A stretch of 64,000 nucleotides of DNA from the human T2T-CHM13v2.0 reference genome, Homo sapiens. The position numbers and the translations under genes were made by a program. The stretch lies in the NCBI RefSeq assembly GCF_009914755.1, contig NC_060940.1. One strand, 5' to 3'. Positions within the stretch are counted from its first letter, which is position 1, and each line of letters starts with the position of its first letter. The notes under the pieces were generated by a model. That model searched no databases. It was not told the DNA's origin and saw only the letters and a list, made by a program, of their open reading frames with translations. Shown piece by piece: positions 60,079-64,000 of this stretch.

Positions 60079-61909
60079 GAGTCTATTTATGTATTATATT
60101 CGTGTCCACTTCATGATTCCATTCAATTCCATTTAATGTTGATTCCATTTGATTCCATTTGATGATTCAGTTCGATTCCTTGCAATGATTCCCTACGATT
60201 CCTTTCTATGATTATTCCATTCGATTCCATTCATTGATGATTTCATTCGACTCCATTCGATGATGATTCCTTTCGATTCCATTTGACGATGTTTCCATTC
60301 GAGTCCATTTGATGATGATTCTATTCAATTCTGTTCTATTATGATTCCATTCGATTTCATTCAATGCTTCTCTTTGATTCCATTCGATGATGATTCCATC
60401 TCTTTCCCTTCGATGATTCCATTTGATTCCATTCAGTGATGATTCCATTTGATTCCATCTGATGATGATTTCACTTGATTCCTTTCAATGATGATTCAAT
60501 TCAAGTCCATTCGATGATTCCATTGGAGTCCAAACGATCATTCCGTTCGATTCCATTCAATGGTGATTCCATTCATGTCCATTCGATGAATCCATTCAAT
60601 TCCATTCGATGATGACTCCATTCGAGTACATTCGATGATTCCATTTGATTCCATTTGAAGATGATTCCATTCAATTCCATTCGAAGATGATTCCATTCAA
60701 TTCCATTCGATGATGATTCCGTATGAATCCATTCTCTGATTATTCCATTCGATTCCATTCATTGACGATTCCATTCAATTCCATTCAATGATGATTCTCT
60801 TCTATTCCATTCGATGATTCCGGTCGATTCCATTCGATGATGATTCCATTAGATTCCATTCGATTGTTGCATTCGATTCCCTTCGATGATGATTCCTTTG
60901 AATTCCATTCGATTATCATTCCGTATGAATCCATTTGATGATTATTCCATTGGATTCCTTTCGATGATGATTCCATTCGATTCCATTTGATGATGTTTCT
61001 CTTGTATTCCATTGGATAATTCCTTTCAGTTCCCTTCGATGATTATTCTTTCGAGTCAATTCGATGATTCTATTCCATTCCCTTCGATGATGATTCCATT
61101 TCACTCCATTTGATGATTCCATTCGACTCAATTTGGTGATGATTCAATTCGATGACATTCGATGACTCCATTCAATTTCATTTGATGATGATTACATTCG
61201 AGTCCATTTGATGATTGTATTCCTTTCCTTTTGATGATTATTCCATTCGTGTCTATTCAAAGATTCCATTCTATTCCATTCAATGATGATTGCATTTGAT
61301 TCCATTCAATGATTATGGCTATCGATTCCACTCGTTGATTCCATTTGATTCCGTTCGATGATTATTCCGTTAGATTCCATTAGAAGATTCCATTCGATTT
61401 TATTCAATGATTCCAATGGATTCCATTCAATGATGATTCCATTCGACTCCATTCAGTGATTCCATTCGAGTCCTTTTGATGATTCCATTCTTTTCCATTT
61501 GATGATGATTCCATTAGGGTCCATTCAATGATTCCATTCGAGTCCATTCGTTAATGCCTTTCGAGTCCTTTTGATCACTACATTCGAGTCCATTCAATGA
61601 TTCTATTCGATTCCATTCCATGATGATTCCATTCGAGTTCATTCGATGATTGCATTCGAGTCCATTTGATGATTCCATATGATTCCCTTCGACAATGATT
61701 CCATTCGTGTCCATTTGATGATTCCATTCATTTCCTATCGATGAAGATTCCATTCAAGTGTATTCGATGATTCCATTCAAATCCATTCGATGATGATTCC
61801 ATTCCAGTCCATTCGATCATTCCACTTGATTCCATTTGATGACTATTCCATTCAAATCCATTTGATGATTCCATTCTATTCCATTCGATGTTACCATTCG
61901 AGTATATAC
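60079..61909 (+). repeat. Divergent HSat2 block (~1.83 kb) not matching the 6.1-kb unit
   Basis: Still CATTC/GATGAT-based but carries k-mers not seen in units 1-10 (GTCTATTTATGTATTATATT, CCTTGCAATGATTCCCTACG, CCGTATGAATCC, GATTATGGCTATCG). Confidence 0.82.
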
Positions 61910-64000
61910 GATGATTCCACTCGATTCCATTTGATGATTATTCCATTGGAGTCCACTTAGTGAATCCTTTAGATTCTACTCGAAGATGATTCCATTCGAG
62001 TCCATTCGATGATACCATTCAATTCCATTCGTTGATGCTTCCATTCAAGTGCATTCGATGATATCATTCGATTCCATTTGATGATAATTCCATTTGATTC
62101 CATGCGATGATTCTATTCGATTCCATTCAATGATAATTCCATTCAATTCAGTGATTCCTCTGGACTCCATTTGATGATGATTCCATTCAATGATTCCATT
62201 CGATTCTATTCGAAAATGATTCCATTTGAATCCATTTGATGATGATTCCATTGGATTCCATTTGATGATTCCATTCGATTCCATTCGATGATGATTCCAT
62301 TCGATTCCTTTTGATGAATCCATTCTATTGTATTCGATGATGATTCCATTCGATTCCATTCGATGATGATTGGATTCGATTCCATTTGATGATTTCATTT
62401 GATTCCATTCGATAATGATTTCGATCAATTCCATTCGATGATTCCATTCGATTCCATTCGATAATGATTACATCCGAGTCCATTCGATGATTCCATTTGA
62501 GCCCGTTCGATAATTCCATTTGAGTCCAATCAATGATTCCATTCATTTCCATTCAATGATTCCATTCGAGTCCATTTGATCATTCCGGTAGGGTCCGTTC
62601 GATGTTGATTCCATTGGAGTGCATTCGATGATTCCATTCGAGTCCATTTTAGGATTTGATTCGAGTCCTTTCGATGATTCCATTCGATTCCACTCGATGA
62701 TTTCATTCGAGTCCATTCGACACTTCCAATCGATTCCATTTGATGTTTCCATTCGATTCCAATTGATGATTCCATTCAATTCCATTCGATGATGATTCCG
62801 TACGATTCCATTCTGTGATGATTCCATGTGATTGCATTCAATGATGATTCCTTTCGATTGCATTCGATTATGATTCATTTCGTGTTCATTCTATGGTTCC
62901 ACAGGTTTCCATTTGATGATGTTTCCATTCGTGTCCATTCCATTATTCCATTCTATTCCATTTGAAGATGATTCCATTCGATTCCATTCATTGGTGATTC
63001 CACTCAATTCCATTCAATGATTCCATTCCATTTCTTTCAACAATGATTCCATTAGTTTCTATTCGATGATCCACTTGATTCCATTTGACGATGATTCCAT
63101 TCGTGTCCATTCGATGATTCCATTTGATTCCATATGATGATGATTCCATTCGATTCCATACGATGATGATTCCATTCGAGTCCATTCAATGGTGATTCCA
63201 TTCAATTCCATTCGATGATTCCTTTCGATTCCATTCAATGATGATGGCATTCGATTCCTTTCGATCATTCCCTTTGATTCCATTCAAAGGTGATTTCATT
63301 CAAGTCCATTCGATAATTGCATTCGATTCCATTCTATGATGATTCCATTCGAGTCCATTTGATGATTCCATTCAATTCAAGTCAATGATGATTCCATTCG
63401 ATTCCACTCGATGATTCCATTGGATTCCATTCGATGATGATTCCATTAAAATCCATTCGATAATTCAATTCAAGTCCATTCGATGATGATTCCAATCGAA
63501 TCCATTCAAAGATTCCAGTCAATTCCATTCGATGATGATTCCCTTAGATTCCATTCGATGATTCCACTTGATTCCATTTACGATGATTCCATTCGATTCC
63601 ATGTGATGAATCCATTCAATTCTATTCAATGATGTTTCCACTTGATTCCATTCGAACATGATTGCCTTTGATTCCATTCAATGATTCCATACGGTTCCAT
63701 TTGATGATGATTCCATTCGAGTGCATTAGATGATTCCATTCGAGTCCATTCGATGATTCCATTCGATTCCATTCGATGTTGATTCTGTTCAAATCCATTT
63801 GATGATTCCACTCGATTCCATTCGATGACTCCAGTTGATCCCATTCGATGATTTCCTTTGATTCCCTTTGATGATCATTCCATTTGATTCAATTCGGTGA
63901 TTTCATTTGATTCCATTCAGTGATGTTTCCATTCAACTCCTTTCGATGATGATTCCATTCGACTCCATTCGATTATGATTTCATTCAATTCCATTCGATA
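61910..64000 (+). repeat. Partial divergent unit 12 (starts at unit position ~390; 3-bp deletion near 62698, 16-bp extra near 62915, 3-bp extra near 63535, 72-bp deletion near 63714)
   Basis: Unit homology resumes at GATGATTCCACTCG...GGAGTCCACTTAGTGAATCC and continues to the window end. Confidence 0.88.

Larger units (their letters stand above)
1..64000 (+). repeat. Human satellite II (HSat2/HSATII) pericentromeric array, probably subfamily HSat2B (~6.1-kb unit, chr16-type); CATTC-rich strand is + throughout
   Basis: Continuous degenerate (CATTC)n with CATTCGATTC/CATTCGAGTC/GATGATG in 23/26-bp modules and abundant TCGA, unlike the pure (CATTC)n runs of HSat3. The 6112-bp period is read from recurring ORF-track landmarks (6054, 12166, 18278, 24390). 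Subfamily and chromosome are inferred from the known HSat2B unit length. Confidence 0.96.

Noticed and set aside
60079-61909. Transposable element insertion as the explanation for the foreign block
   Set aside because: The block is still CATTC/GATGAT satellite, with no Alu, L1 or LTR sequence, poly(A) tail or target-site duplication.
24-63844. Many 60-132 aa minus-strand ORFs (MESSNGIEWNH... repeats) and two plus-strand 68-aa ORFs
   Set aside because: These are low-complexity translations of GGAAT/GAATC satellite. They overlap in several frames, recur with the unit period, and show no recognisable domain or gene context.
1-64000. CRISPR-like appearance of 23-49 bp repeats
   Set aside because: There are no unique spacers, no conserved direct repeat with a leader and no cas genes. 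It is a continuous degenerate tandem repeat.
1-64000. HSat3 or alpha-satellite assignment
   Set aside because: It lacks long pure (CATTC)n runs and is rich in CATTCGAT and GATGAT, which points to HSat2. No 171-bp monomer or CENP-B box was seen.
1-64000. Strand inversion breakpoints
   Set aside because: The CATTC-rich strand stays on + throughout, and no GAATG-oriented tract was seen.
1-64000. Heat-shock elements or G-quadruplex potential
   Set aside because: GAA/TTC units are almost all in one orientation rather than in alternating nGAAn arrays, and G-runs on the minus strand are mostly only GG. Nothing specific can be supported.

Overview
The whole 64 kb window is one uninterrupted, single-orientation classical satellite array. 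It is built from degenerate CATTC repeats organised as 23/26-bp modules (ATTCCATTCGATTCCATTCGATG[ATG]) with very frequent TCGA, which is the signature of human satellite II (HSat2/HSATII). The dominant higher-order period is 6112 bp, matching the ~6.1-kb unit known for the HSat2B subfamily, whose main array is in the chr16 pericentromere; the chromosomal assignment is inferred. With position 1 as an arbitrary phase origin, the units measure 6030, 6112, 6112, 6112, 4350, 4301, 6086, 6086, 6112 and 6112 bp. A more divergent zone follows from about 57 kb: a partial unit, a ~1.83-kb HSat2 block that does not match the unit, and another partial unit. No genes, RNA genes, transposons or CRISPR arrays are supported, and all listed ORFs are translations of the satellite. 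I did not find a new gene-encoded system. The notable observations are structural or regulatory: a ~4.3-kb variant unit lineage, indels quantised to module size, a recent out-of-phase 6086-bp duplication, a young core flanked by older copies, and one perfect DUX4-type motif per unit. All comparisons were made by eye and from ORF-track offsets, not by computed alignment.
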